Below, piece after piece: positions 1-14,979 of a DNA stretch of 64,000 nucleotides. The stretch covers positions 97,402,001-97,466,000 of the forward strand of contig OZ024742.1 of the NCBI GenBank assembly GCA_964016885.1. The letters run 5' to 3'. The notes under the pieces were generated by a model, which was given only the letters and a program-made list of their open reading frames with translations, did no database searches and was not told where the DNA came from. The stretch's first letter is position 1, and each line of letters opens with the position of its first letter. The translations under genes and the position numbers were made by a program. The DNA is from Eledone cirrhosa (taxonomy: Eukaryota).

Positions 1-329
1 AACTTTGTTTCAATAAAATAAAGTACCAGTCAAGTAATTGGGACAATTTAATCGACTTTACACTCCCTCCAAATTGCCTGTCTTATGCCCAAACTATAAA
101 TTAGTATAGTACAACATTTCTCCATCAGTAGAATATGGCAATCTATGTGAATTGGAGTCCAATCTGAGAGATCCGTGGTTCCAATTATATAATGACTATG
201 ATGAACTGTCTAAAATTTCCTAGCAGGGAAAAAGTACATGAAATGAGTATTTTTATTATTAGTTTATTTTTCGTTTGATTTCCATATTATTTCATTTTCC
301 AGCCAGGTTTCAACTAGAGATCTAAGGCT

Positions 330-1560
330 CATATACCGTATATGAAGAAGAACTTCCTGAGAAGGTTAGTGGTTGAATTCAGCACAAGTTTTTGAACCTC
401 ATAGATTGTAAGTTTCCCTAGGATCTAGTCAAATGTTTTGCCAGTACCTTTCTTGATTATTTCCAGGGCACCAGGGATGGTTTAGGCTTTTAATTGCCAC
501 ACCCTAGGTATCTCAATTTCAAGATCCTTTTATTTAGATAGTTTCTCAAATTCTTTTCCTGAGCTGTTTTTTTCAGTAGACACTGACATATCAATTAGGA
601 AAACTTTTTGTCTTAGGTCTTTGATGACAGCTTGTTATCATTTATTTGCCTGTCTGTATGTATCATGTAATCCCATAGGATGGTAACATTCTCTCCCTTG
701 GTGACTGGCTGTGAATGGTTTTCAGACCAGTTCTTAGGGTGCAGGATATCATAGTGACAGCAAATGCTCCAGTGCAGGTATTAGCCTACTCGATCAAGCC
801 TTGTTTTATATTCTGTAGAAGCAATGTCTGAACAACTGGCAACAATGTAGTCAATGCTCTCAAGTTTGTCATCACAGAGTCTGCACTTTGTGTCTATCCC
901 ATTGTACAAGACTTAATATTTTCAGTAGAGAAGACTGATTTTGAGTCACTAGGGTAAATCATTTTGTTTCAAATCAGTGCTATACAGCCACTGATAGGTT
1001 CCTTTCATATCTACATCAGCTTTCCCAGCTTGTTTGTGGTATTGCCCATGCAATGGTTTTTCTTGTCACAGTCTTGACATTTCCTTGAAGCTTTTCATTT
1101 TGGCTTTCGTCTTACACTTTTTTGCTGCCTTAGTGGATATCATGTCCTCATTATCATCATCATGATCAGGGAGGTTAAGCTCACATCTGTATTAATATAC
1201 CTCCTTTGAGATTGAGTGCCATTTCTGACCCTGTTCATGTTGTCCTACCCACTCTATCCTTCAATGGGTGTTACTTTGGATATACATTTGGAGTCCTATC
1301 ATGATTGTGTTAAGGATCTTTCAAGTTACATTAGGCCTTTACTACATTCATTTCATAGGCGATAGAGCCTATGGACGTCTGCTTTTGGGTAATGCATCCT
1401 GTTTAATGTCGGCAGTTTCCTAGTCTTTATGTCCAGACATTAGACTTTCTTCAAATTCCAATTAATGGCATTAAAGATATACTTGATAAGAAGTACAGCC
1501 AGGGAGCTTACAGCCTCAATTCTATTCTGGGAATTCAGCTCAGTTATTTAATTGGAAAAT
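330..1560 (-). mobile_element. Degenerate 3' part of an RLE-type (R4/Dong-like) non-LTR retrotransposon
   Basis: Manual minus-strand reading gives CRLCDDKLESIDYIVASC (zinc-finger region), TILWDY..TDRQI and LIDMSV..KEFEKLSK, with stops and frameshifts. Confidence 0.75.
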
Positions 1561-1599
1561 TTGCCCTAATGAACATCATACTGCAGCCTCAGATATTCA

Positions 1600-1900
1600 A
1601 GATGTATTGGATGGTCCTTGCTGTTCCCAGGAGGCATGTCTTTTCCAAAAAAAGAGGGCTGGGCTAATGTTCTTTATCTAGCCTTGGAAATTCTTTGAGA
1701 TAGTACTGAGTGCTCCTATAATGATGGCGAAAACATTCATCTCATAAATCCTTTTCAATTCCCATTTTAGATCCTGGTACCACTCAATTTTCTCCTTCTT
1801 ATTTTCTTGCACTCTTGTGTCAAAGGAGCAAGCTACATCTATAATCAAGCAAGATCTTTTTTCCTTGTCAAAAATCACCAGGTCAGCCAGGTTCTCCACC
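1600..1900 (-). mobile_element. Second RLE (PD-(D/E)xK) endonuclease fragment, R4/Dong-like LINE
   Basis: ORF 1678..1899: (A)DLVIFDKEKRSCLIIDVAC..KEKIEWYQDLKWELKR..IIIGAL. Confidence 0.8.
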
Positions 1901-2398
1901 TGAAAACAGTCCTCTGTGCTGATAAGACCTTAAGTGTTACCTTTACACTAATGAACTAATTGACACCTTTCTCCCATATCATATTGATGTAATATGTTTT
2001 TCAGAGTTGGTTGGAAAATGAGAAGTTATGGCTAAAGATAAGTTCAAAGGCTTGAGCAGTGCTGTTCATTTAAAGTCTGTGTTTTTTTCATACAGGCATG
2101 AGTTGAGTGGGCAATTACAGAGTCAGTAGTTTATCAGAGCTACCAGGTCACTTTGCTGTTTTGAAAACAGAATATATTGATAAGAACACATGCAGATACA
2201 CACACACAGTTGTTGTTGTTGGAATTCATTCAGTTTTGACAATAAGTGTTCCAGTTGTTCAAATAACACAACAGCCTACTCAGGAAATTATCATACATTA
2301 GCACAGCAACCCACAGACATATGTAATCTTAACGTAGTTCTCAGGGAGATTCAGTGTTTCAGAGTATGTAACATGACTGGCCCTTAGAATTACATGTA

Positions 2399-2596
2399 CA
2401 AGGGTCGGCTGAAAATTTCATAAGCTGGCCAAGATACTCTCATGGAATGACCAAATGAGGTTTATTTTTCTACATAGCCCCTGGAAAGAAATGTTGAAGT
2501 TATTAAAAAGAAGAGATTAAATTAATGCATGCAAGATTTCATAGCTCTAGCATCACTCCTTCATAGTCAGTGTATGAAGTTTTCAGCCCACCTTTG
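2399..2596. mobile_element. 198-bp mariner-type MITE
   Basis: TA-CAAGGGTCGGCTGAAAA ... TTTTCAGCCCACCTTTG-TA termini; a second copy of the same length at 34374-34571. Confidence 0.8.
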
Positions 2597-3023
2597 TACA
2601 ACTCTTTTTGCCAGATGAGTTGACTGGAGCAATGTAAAATAGGTGTCTTACTCAAGCACACCACACAATGCATAACTAGGAATCAAACATAACACACTAA
2701 CAATTAAGCCATGTGTTTTTATGCTATACAGACATAAACACCTAACTGTATGAGTTGTTAAAAAAATAATTTAAAAGTGACATCATTTTACAGCAATCAA
2801 TTTACATTGCATTATACTTTGTTTTGATTCTAAAGAAAAACCAACAATAGAACAACAATCGCAACAAAACACTACCCTAATATCCTCCTACTCCCTCTCT
2901 TCCTTTCTCTCCTTTACCCAACTGACATCCATCCTAAATACACCCAAACCAATCATGCATTATATATCATATATCAATGACATCAGATGCACATATATGG
3001 AAACATCCACAGTCACATACACA

Positions 3024-3032
3024 CATATATAC

Positions 3033-3094
<62 letters not shown>

Positions 3095-3135
3095 AATACG
3101 GTTGGCTTCTTGCTACAATAATTTCTATACTTTTC

Positions 3136-3224
<89 letters not shown>

Positions 3225-3245
3225 TATATATATATACATATATGC
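3024..3245. repeat. (AT)n microsatellites
   Basis: Direct. Confidence 0.95.
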
Positions 3246-4123
3246 ATACACACACGCAAATCAACCACACATTATATATCACTATTGACAAGAGAAGAAA
3301 ATACATACAGACTTGAACAAATACAGGCACTTACATACAGATGATCACATACAAACATACACACACACACACACACACAAACACACACAAACACACAAAC
3401 ACACACACACACAAACATATATAAAATGTTGCTGATGATGATGATGATGATGATATATTTATACATACCTCCTGAAGCAATCACACATTATATAATTATA
3501 TATAAAAGTTGACAACGAACACATTTACACATGCATACACAACGTCATCCCCACATTCACACATATATATATATACAGACAATGATACACAGATTTACAT
3601 GTAATATCTCAACGCACACACAGTATTGCCCAAATTGATGCAGATACACTCAAAATGTGTTAGTCACAGATACACACAATGTCAGATTCGCACATCCACA
3701 CACAATGTCACACACACAATGTCACACACATTGTCACATACACACACACAGTCACACGTACACAGGCACACACACACACACACACCAATGTCATTTATAC
3801 AGCTAGCCAAGAGCCAGCAGTGAAAACATTGCTAGTAAGCTGTCTAGAGAAGACAATAAAAGTCATCTTTAGCTATTGTTTTCCCTTCCGCACACATTAG
3901 CAGCATATTAAAATGCCAAAATGAATTACAATATATATAGCAGCACCGTTTCAACAGACTCGTTTTATCTGAGATATCTATTAAAGCGAGCTAATGTGTT
4001 ACTTGTGGACCGAGCCGAAAAAATTAATTGTCATTTGTCATCGAATAATGGCTAGATGTTTTTCTGAGTTCTGTTTTTAAAACACAAGAATGAACCGCCC
4101 CTAACACAAACGCTAATAGCAAA

Positions 4124-5345
<1,222 letters not shown>

Positions 5346-6207
5346 CTGTGTGTGTGATAAAGAATGTGGAACAAAGTGTTGTCAAAAACACAAATATAAA
5401 AATGTAAAAGAATCATCCTCTTATATAAAAAAAAATTGGAATAAATGGAAAGACCTCCACTCCACCCTAGATACTTTAGAAACAACAATAACAGAGATAT
5501 ATACAGCATTATGAAATATGAATCTTATTGTGTGAGTATAATATATGTATATTGTTGGTGTGTATATAGTGTGTGTATATGTGTTTGCATGTGGTGTGTA
5601 TATATGGTATATATATATATATGTGTTTGTGTTTGTCTTTGTGTGTGCATGTGTGTGATTTAAATGTGGTTTAAATGTGTGAGTCTGTTGTGTGTATAAG
5701 TGCAAGTCTTTTGTGTGTATATGTGTGAGTCTGTTTTGCGTCTATTTGTGTATGAGTGTGGTGTATATGTGTGTAAATGTTTGTGCAGCTTTCGTGTATA
5801 TATATGTGAGTTTGCAGAATTTTGACATAACTGTATTTCTACAATTATACTGTTGAAAATAAAATATTTTATTAAAATCGACCAATAATTGTTAAAATTA
5901 TAATCATTATTAATGTTATCAACAATTTTAAATAAGGAGTTTCCTTGCACTTACCATGTATATACTTCATCATTATTAACATTTTTATTTAATGACCAGT
6001 TTCCATGTTAGCACTCACTGAGTCAGTACTGAAGTTGGGTCACTGACGACCCAGTCTAGCTGATGATTTGCATCCCACTTACATATGGTTCCATGTTCTA
6101 CCATGTGCATTTTATTGCAGCACAAGCACTACAGAGGTTGTCATATCTTTGACACAACTAAAGGGATCTCCCAACCCTTTGTTTACAAAGATTTCTATAC
6201 ATATAAC

Positions 6208-6360
6208 TATGAGAGTAGGCTGAAAGCTTCATAGGCTGAACTATGACAGGAGTTATGTTAGAGCAGTGAAATATTGCATGCATTAATTTCAACTTTTCTA
6301 ATTAATAACTGTATTGTTTCCTTCCAGGGAATATCTTGAAAAATAAACCTTATTTGGTGT
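6208..6360. mobile_element. Partial third copy of the 198-bp MITE, reverse orientation
   Basis: GGCTGAAAGCTTCATAGGCTG..TGCATGCATTAATTT..TTCCAGG..AAAAATAAACCT matches the reverse complement of 2399-2596. Confidence 0.6.
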
Positions 6361-8093
6361 ATATATATATATATATAAAAATGGTGAAATTCCTTAAAGA
6401 TTCTCATTGTTATGTTTATGAGAGGTGATGAGTCACTATACTGTAATAATTGTTTATAATTTACTAACGAAATATGCCAAATTAAAAAAACAAACATTTG
6501 AGCCAGGCATGGTTCTCCTATAAGTATATTTTAATAGTGTAATAACCCAATCAATGCACACCACCATGGAACACTGACTTAAAATAATGATACATACATA
6601 TATACATACAGACAAACAGACATACACACATACATATACTGGTTGTTTGCTCAATACATAGCTTGACCACTCCAGTGTACATGATGTTAAGTTCTGGCAT
6701 TTGGTCTTATGTAGCTTTTTAGATGAGACATACTTTTAAAAATCTGTCCACATAAATTGCTTGTTAGATATGGTGCAGCTTGGACTGCATGTGTACATAC
6801 ATACATGCATTCATACCTATACCCTTGCAAAAATAAAAGTCTTGCTGGGATGTTTCATTAAAAGCAGAAACAAAAACACTTGCATGATCCATTAAAAATA
6901 GAAATACTGGTAACAAATTTCAATGGAAATATAAATACTTGTGGAACATTCCAATAAAAACAGAAATAAGGAGGTTGTTAAGTCTCTGATGATAAAAGAG
7001 TTCTCTCTTCACTTTTCACATAGGTTTTATACCTGTATGCATTTTCTAACAGTAACCACTTTGCAGATTATATTATAAGCATTTTTATATAAGACGTTTT
7101 CAGGTTATTTCTGTATAACTTATATTGCTACCATCAAAAATAGAACACACACTCACTTGCATATATCTGCAGATATAATCTGTTCCTTACTTCTATAAAA
7201 AGTCCACACATACACACATACAAACATTTCATTCATCATAATAATGGTATTAGTTGATTTGACCTTGATGAAACAATACAACAGAAGATAATACTCCTTT
7301 AAAAGAACTTCCAGCCTTTCTCAAATACAAAGGCACCCAAATAAAATTTATTAAATTTGAGATGTGTCAGCCATTTTACAAAACTGAAATGTATTACCAT
7401 CATCCCTGTATTAACACCACAGTTGTTATTCACAACCCAGCACTCTCATTCTCCCCATCTTTCTATCTATATCTTATTATTAGTAATATTTTCAATGATG
7501 TCAAAGATTCGTCAGCTTCTTTAAAACACTAAACCTCATTTTAGGCTCTGTATAACTGTGTGGGTGTGCACATATTTGCTTGCATATGTATTATATATAT
7601 ATATATATATGTACATCCACCGGAAATAACATCTGTGAAATAAACAACTCTATCTATCTGCTTAGCTAGCTACCTCATCGTTAAACAAACAACCTTTAAA
7701 GCCACCAAAATAAAACGCCTACGCAGCGGCTAAACATCAAACAATTATATTTGTATAAATAGAGTGATTCCAAACACTTTCGCCAGTCCACTTTGGCAGA
7801 GTCAGCTCGCGTATAGTTGTTCCTCTCCTCTGCCACGCTTGTCACTCACACACGCCTTGTACCTTTGTACCTCTGTATCGTCGCTTCATGTATGAAAATA
7901 AATAGCTGACCGAAACTACATCTCTCGCCTTGCTCGTCCTTTCAACTTGTGCTTTCGTCTGTTCATCCTTACCGTATGTGACAACAGACCTTTTAAGGGC
8001 TATCCTCAGATTCGATCCGACCGTATGCGATAACAGTCCTTTTAAGGGCTATTCTCGGATCCGCTCAGAAGTAGTGACCAGACATACATATCG

Positions 8094-8137
<44 letters not shown>

Positions 8138-8197
8138 AATGAAGAATTAGAAATAGAAGCGAGGAATATCCGTCATCAGCCATCATAGGTATTTCTT

Positions 8198-8231
<34 letters not shown>

Positions 8232-8423
8232 GATAAATCTACCAAAATAAACGGTAGTGTCCAATCCGTATGAAGAATTCAACGTAATCCAAATATAGAA
8301 GATATCATGAAAAGAGAAAATGCATTCAAAATTTAACGATAAAAATCATATGAAAACCGAGTGAAGATAAATTAATAAAAACAATGAAATAAAAACAAAG
8401 AACAGGTTCCTTATATTGAAAAA

Positions 8424-8564
8424 TCATCATTTTACGATCGTTTCTGGGATATATGTGCGTGTTGGTATGTATATCATATTAAAGATCTGTGTAAAAAAAT
8501 ATTACAAATTATCAGAGGAGATATACATACCTCCAACTATATATGCCATCTTCAGAAATGATGA
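8424..8564 (-). ncRNA. Type I hammerhead ribozyme in the PLE 3' pLTR
   Basis: Reverse-complement copy of 10901-11041 with core intact. Confidence 0.75.
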
Positions 8565-10900
8565 AGTATGTTTATTGAAAGAAACTAAGTATTAATACAA
8601 AAAGTCTGTTTGGGAACAGGTTTTGAATTGACCAATAGAAAAGAGATAGAGGTCAAGTTGATAGAATAACAGTAGTAGAACTTTATGCTAGGAGTGGAGG
8701 AATGTAAATGTATGCTTTGAATGAAAAGAATACAATTGGGAAGAAAGAGATAGGGGTTAAAATGAGGTCAAGTCAATGAGATAGTGAAGGATTTCCCCCA
8801 GAAAGTTTTATCTTATTAAATAATGCTGTTATAAACTAAGGGAAAATAATTTTTTTGTGGGATGAGAGTGTTAGTGAGAAATATAACTCCTGTTTAAATT
8901 TCAAGGAACCTAGATACATAAAAGGAAATTAAATTAATTGATAAGTGTACTTACAGAATAAAAATTATATTAATTCTTATGAATGTGATAAATAAAGAAG
9001 TAAATAAATAAAAAATATAAAATGTATATATAGAAAGACTGAAATAGATAAAATTTTATAAAAAGTAGTGTATCTATCTAAACATCCATAATATTAAAGA
9101 TATTAATTATAGTTACTAATCCTAGGTATTAAATGTGATAGATAGGGGATGCGGTTAAAAGAAGTAGTGAGGTTAAAGATAACTTTAGGTAAAGTGAGCT
9201 GCAAGAGGGAAATAAGATTATGAAATTCTTTGTAGTAAATATCTAGTTATAGGTTAACTAAATAAAAAAAATTTTTTTTAAATTAATTATAATAATTTGT
9301 AAAATGTAAGAGTGCGGTATATATTAATTAAGTTTATAATATTTGAAGGTTTTTCTAATTCTATGATTGCATGATATAATTAACTCATGTCGCTTATTTA
9401 ATAGGATATCATTAGATTTCATGATTTCAAATAGTTCTTGGGAGCATAACCTACACTCATATCTGCTATTTTGGTCAGATTGTAATCAATATCACTCCAG
9501 GTCAGATTGTAATCAATATCCTTCTTTCTATAATTATTAATTGCTTCAGCCAAGGAGGTTGTATTAGCTAATGCGGCATTTTTAAAACTATGTTTGTGGG
9601 TATTAAATCTTATTTTAAATTGGTTAGACGTAGCTCCTATATAGGATTGAGTGGAGTCCTTAGTATAATTACACATTCATAGACTGTTATTAACAAGACA
9701 ATTTCCCTTTAATGGGCAAATTCTTTTGATTCTACAGTTACAGCCATTCGTAAATATTGTATCAGGAGAGTTAATTGTGTTATTATCTATAGTGGTATTA
9801 GTGTTACTATTTTCATTAATGTATGGTTTAGAATGGGTTGTAATTAGATTATTATGGTTAGACAGGTTGTTGGTGGGTGATAGTTTAGGGGATGTGGAGC
9901 TAGTAGAGTTCTGTTTGTTTTGGAGATAATTAGTCAAAATTGGTGTGGAGTTTACGGGACCTATTATAGGTGAAGAAGAATGTAGTTTGTTTTGGTTTAC
10001 TTTAGTATATTATGGGTGGTTTGATGTGTTGGTGGTATATTTATAGTTTTTTTATACTTATATGTGTTGTAAGCATTTAAATTCTGTTGTATATTCTTGG
10101 TAGTGGAGTAGGAAAATGTGACAGTAGATCTAGTTAAACTCGATGGTATTTATGGTTTGGTGGGAAGTTTTTCTGTAGGATGGCAAAGAATTTTTTAGGG
10201 ATATGTCTTTAATCTGTAGATTAAATGGAGCATTATACCAAGTAAACCGTCTATTACGGTTTCGACATTGTTTCTTATATTTATATGATGTATCGGAAGG
10301 TTTACTGAGAGAGTTACTATTAGTGATTTTATTATATATAGGTTTAGTTAGATTAATTGATGTTTTAGTCTGATTACTAGGAATTTTGTTAGTTATGTTG
10401 TTGACATATGAATGGTTTTTTGAGAGTCATTATATTTTATGTGAGAAGAGGTAGAGAAATTAAGTTTTGGGTTGGTGTTTTTAGGTGTAGTATGAGTGGC
10501 ATTTAGGTGTGGGTTTTTCATTTGGTGTTTGTTGATAATATTCGGTTGTATGTTTGAAATATTATTGGTGCAAGGTATATAAACTAATTTGTTCTTATGG
10601 CCGCTTCTAGCTAAAGCTTCATTATAAAAGGGCGCGTTTTTATCGAATACATCCTGATTTGATGAAAGGTTAGAGATTCTGAGTGTATGTAATGCAAGTT
10701 TTGGTTAGGTTTATGGTAAGGTTGGTAGATACGTGTAGATAGGTCCATAGTTATGTCTAGGAAATTGACTATTTTACTGGTGTTTTCAAATGTAATAGTG
10801 AGATTATAATAGTCTTTGAGGAAAGTTCTAATAAGTTTTTTTATTTCTTTCAATTTCAGACTTTTTGTATTAATACTTAGTTTCTTTCAATAAACATACT

Positions 10901-11041
10901 TCATCATTTCTGAAGATGGCATATATAGGTGAAGGTATGTGTATCACCTCTGATAATTTGTAATAGTTTTTTACATAGATCTTTAATATGATATACATAC
11001 CAACACACACATATATCCCAGAAACGATCGTAAAATGATGA
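10901..11041 (+). ncRNA. Type I hammerhead ribozyme with long stem II in the inverted pLTR
   Basis: TCATCATTT-CTGAAGA-TGGCATATAT..ATATATCCCA-GAAA-CGATCG-TA-AAATGATGA: 9-bp stem I and palindromic stem III. Confidence 0.8.
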
Positions 11042-11095
11042 TTTTTTTTCAATATAAGGAAACTGTTCTTTGTTTTTCTTTCATTGTTTTTATTA

Positions 11096-11144
<49 letters not shown>

Positions 11145-12219
11145 GATAGAGTTATAGAGAGAGTAACTTTCTCTCTATCTACACTATTCCAACTGTTCTC
11201 TCTGTAGCGTGGACATTGATTTTTGTTTGACTGGATTCCTTGATAAATACTTAATATTTGGTGACATCTAATGCTGACAGTCCACCCTCTGCAGCCATTC
11301 CACTATTTTTCTGAGTAGCCAACTTAAAAGGTGGCTTCTATTTTAAGAAGAACAGACAGTCATGTATGATAAATTTAACATTTACCAAAACTCAGTATTT
11401 CCAACCGATGAAAGTTGTTCGTTTTCCCAAAATCTCTAATGTCATTCGACATCAAAGAAAGGCCAGAACTATTATGATTCCAATAAAACCAATCTATTCG
11501 TTTATTCTTTTATTCTTTTACTGGTTTCACTCATTCGACTGCCGCTATGCTAGGGCACCACTTTAAATGGATTTAGTCGACCATATCGTCACCAGTACTT
11601 AGTTTTTTCTAGTCTAGTACTTATTTTATCCATTTCTTATTTGTTGATGTGCTAAATTACAATGCGTAAACACTGACGCAAGTGTAAACATGAGCATATA
11701 TATGTGTGGGTGGGGGTGTGTGCATGTATGAGCATGGACATACACACACATACACCCACACACACATATATATATATATATTTATGTGTTATATCATCTA
11801 TATCATCATTATCACCATCAGCAGCATGTTTAATGTCTATTTTCCATGCTTGCAACAATTAGATGGGTTGTCACATCATGAGACAAGTCAGTTCCAGGGA
11901 CCATATCACGCTCATATAGATCTGTATTCTGTATTTTGGTTTGCTTTCTATGGCTGTATGCCCTTCCTAACACCAACCTCATTGCAGTGTTTTTATATAT
12001 ATATATATATGCTAAATCTTACACTAAGCAGCTGAAGTGTACTATAAATTCATATCTGTACAAAAAGTACATTATTTGACCAAAGTTGCAAGAAACGTAT
12101 ATTTAAATGAACATCCATATTATAACTTAGAACCACCTTTTTATATATTTAAACATGTAAGATAGATGCCAGAAAAAATATATTCTTCTCATGAAATGGA
12201 ATAATCAAACATTTATAAA

Positions 12220-12960
12220 AATGAAATCTCTTTCTGGTGAAGAATGTATCACCCAACATATGATAGCAGTTACCCACCTTAGAGTAAAAGCTAGACAAAG
12301 GCAGAGACATGGGACAGCATGGAGCAGGAAGACAGGGTTTGATAGAGCCTGTGATTGGTCACCAATTCAGAGAAGCCTTGATCGATTCATTAAACAGTAA
12401 GGAAGAGGAAATATAGGCATATAATATAGTGGGCAATTGGGAGCTTGTACAAGATAATCTGCTGAAGGCCACAGAGAAGATATGTAGCCAAGTAAAACTT
12501 TCTATAATACATGTGATATGGTAGTGGAATAGTTTTGTAGATATGGTTATAAACTAAGAGGGACATGGAAGGATCAGAGGGCCAGTAACAGCATGTGAAA
12601 AGAGAGCACCATGCCATTTGTAAATCATTGACAGATTCTCCAGATCCATGATACTGTGGATGCTAAAGAATCCAGAGGTAAATGCATGCTTTGTTAGGGT
12701 CATACTAAACATGTACAGGCTGGCGGTCAGCAAAATAATAGAAGAATTAGTCCAATTAGGAAATTACCATGCAAGTAGGAGTCTGTCAAGGCTAAGTCAT
12801 CACGCCACTGATTTTTATTATAGCAATTTAAGCCAGAAGTGTTTAAGACTATGTGTCCATGGGAACATCTGTCTGATTCTCAATGCTGAAACTTTGGATG
12901 AGCTAAAGAGGAAATTCCAGAATTGGAAACAAAGCCTGGAATCAAAATCCTTACGGTAAA
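12220..12960 (+). mobile_element. Heavily degenerate RTE-like LINE fragments
   Basis: ECITQH..HLRVK and NAETLDELKRKFQNWKQSLESKSL resemble the RTE ORF at 49140-51044. Confidence 0.55.
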
Positions 12961-14762
12961 TCATGAAAAGGATTGCCGCTGTTCTGGCTGCTGGTACTCA
13001 TCTTTTCATTTGAGTAGATTGAAGAAATGTGAAATGCAGCATCATGCTCAAAAACAATGAAACACCAACTGGTCCATGAAATGAACTCATGATTTTATGA
13101 TCATGAAAGTTGCACCTTCAAAACAAGTACTGAATATAGACATATATTAATTATTCAAAAATATTCAAATGATAAAGGCTTTCTGTGGAAAATAAATGCA
13201 AAACTTCGCAGCTATTTTTGACATGACATTTTACTTCTCAATGGCTAAAAGTTATTAATAAATTCTCGTTTGATTTTATGCAGAGATATTTCTATCACAA
13301 TGTACATACAGTTAATGCACTTTGAACCAACATGTTTGTAAATGGTGCAACTCAGAACTGTACATGTCATATCTGTGTGTTTCTCTGATACATTATATTG
13401 GTAAGTATTAAAAACCAAAATAAATTGTATTTAATACATTACTGCTGTCACCAGCACATATATATATTCTACTTTTAAATATATACCAACATGATTACAC
13501 AGCTCTTATCAATTTATTCAAAGTGTTACTCTGCATTTATAGAAATATGTATGTACGTATGTATATGTATGTAAACACACACTTATAAAATTAAGTGGAG
13601 ATATATGTATTATATCCTTTTGTTTTGGAAATGTATTATCATTGCCATCTCGCTCCATGTATGTAAGTATGTGTGTGTGTATGTCTGTATGTATAGATGG
13701 ATGTGTGTACGTATATATACATATATGTATGTATTTATAAATATATATATATGTGTGTGTGTATATATAATGCGGAAGTTTATCTCAAACAACATGTTTA
13801 TAGATATGGTGGGTTGTGTAGACGTTGTAGTTGTGTGTAGAACCTGTTAGTGTTACGTACGTGGAGACCTAGACGTGAGGTGAGAGGAGTTAGCTATAAA
13901 GAGGTGGAAGGAAGAAATAATAGTTGGAATATATAATGAAGATAACATTTGTTAAAACAGTAAACGTTTTGAGTTTTAGAGTTCGTTTATGTGAGGACAG
14001 AGATGTAAATAGGAGTGGGTGCCTGTGTGTATACCGGAATGAAAGAAGCCCGTGTGAACCATGTTTGGCGGAGGTAACTGAAATAACAACCGGAAAGGAC
14101 CTTCTAAATTCCTGACACGATAGGATATTTAATTGCAAACACAAGGTTCTAAAAGCCTTCACTAAGTAGAAACTGAACTAGAACAAGATTCGATCCCTAA
14201 TATCTAGATTTTATTATATCCTATTTGATACCTTTCTTATGGCATTTAAACTTTTCACACCCAATGGATTTAGTTATATTCAAAACAATTCCTATTTTCT
14301 TAATTCCTTTTCTCCTTAACCACTCTAGCCTACTCTTAATCTCTACCTTATTTTTCTCTGTCCCTCTCCTTATACCTTCTCTACCCCATATATGGTAAAC
14401 ACCAAAACTTTCACCTATAACAATGGTCAAAGAATAATTGTCCCACATCACAGCACAGGGAGTGATAGTAAGAAACTCTTTACTCTCACTCTTTCATCTA
14501 TCACACTAACTGGCTGTATTTCATGCTATTTTAAACTTATCTACATTTCTCTTAAACGAAAATTTCATTACTGAACTCTACCTCATGGTGAACAGTTGAA
14601 TTCTACTACTATACACTTTCTGATTAAGTGTAATAAATAATTATGTATTGCCTTTGATTAAATAACATATATAGTAGTCAATTTATAATAGACACAGAAA
14701 CAAAGGAAATAAATTCACAATCTCTTTACGCCGACTTTTTATTTTTCTTGGTGCAATACTTG

Positions 14763-14927
<165 letters not shown>

Positions 14928-14979
14928 GGAGGAAACTAAAAAGAATGAAATAAAAATGGAATTATATTAAGGATTAGTA

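Larger units (their letters stand above)
8229..11100 (-). mobile_element. 5'-truncated Penelope-like element (RT thumb plus GIY-YIG endonuclease, broken) with inverted pseudo-LTR
   Basis: ORF pieces VNFLDITMDL..YQPYHKPN..YIHSES (10611-10853), CNCRIKRICPLKGNCL (9677-9937) and YIGATSNQFKIRFNTHKHSF..TSLA (9419-9676); about 240-bp inverted repeat 8369-8608/10857-11100; both ends abut (AT)n. Confidence 0.9.

Noticed and set aside
8135-8200. CTGATGA on the minus strand as another hammerhead
   Set aside because: No stem II closing onto GAAA could be found
13780-14700. Short ORFs in a probable repeat remnant
   Set aside because: No recognisable domain
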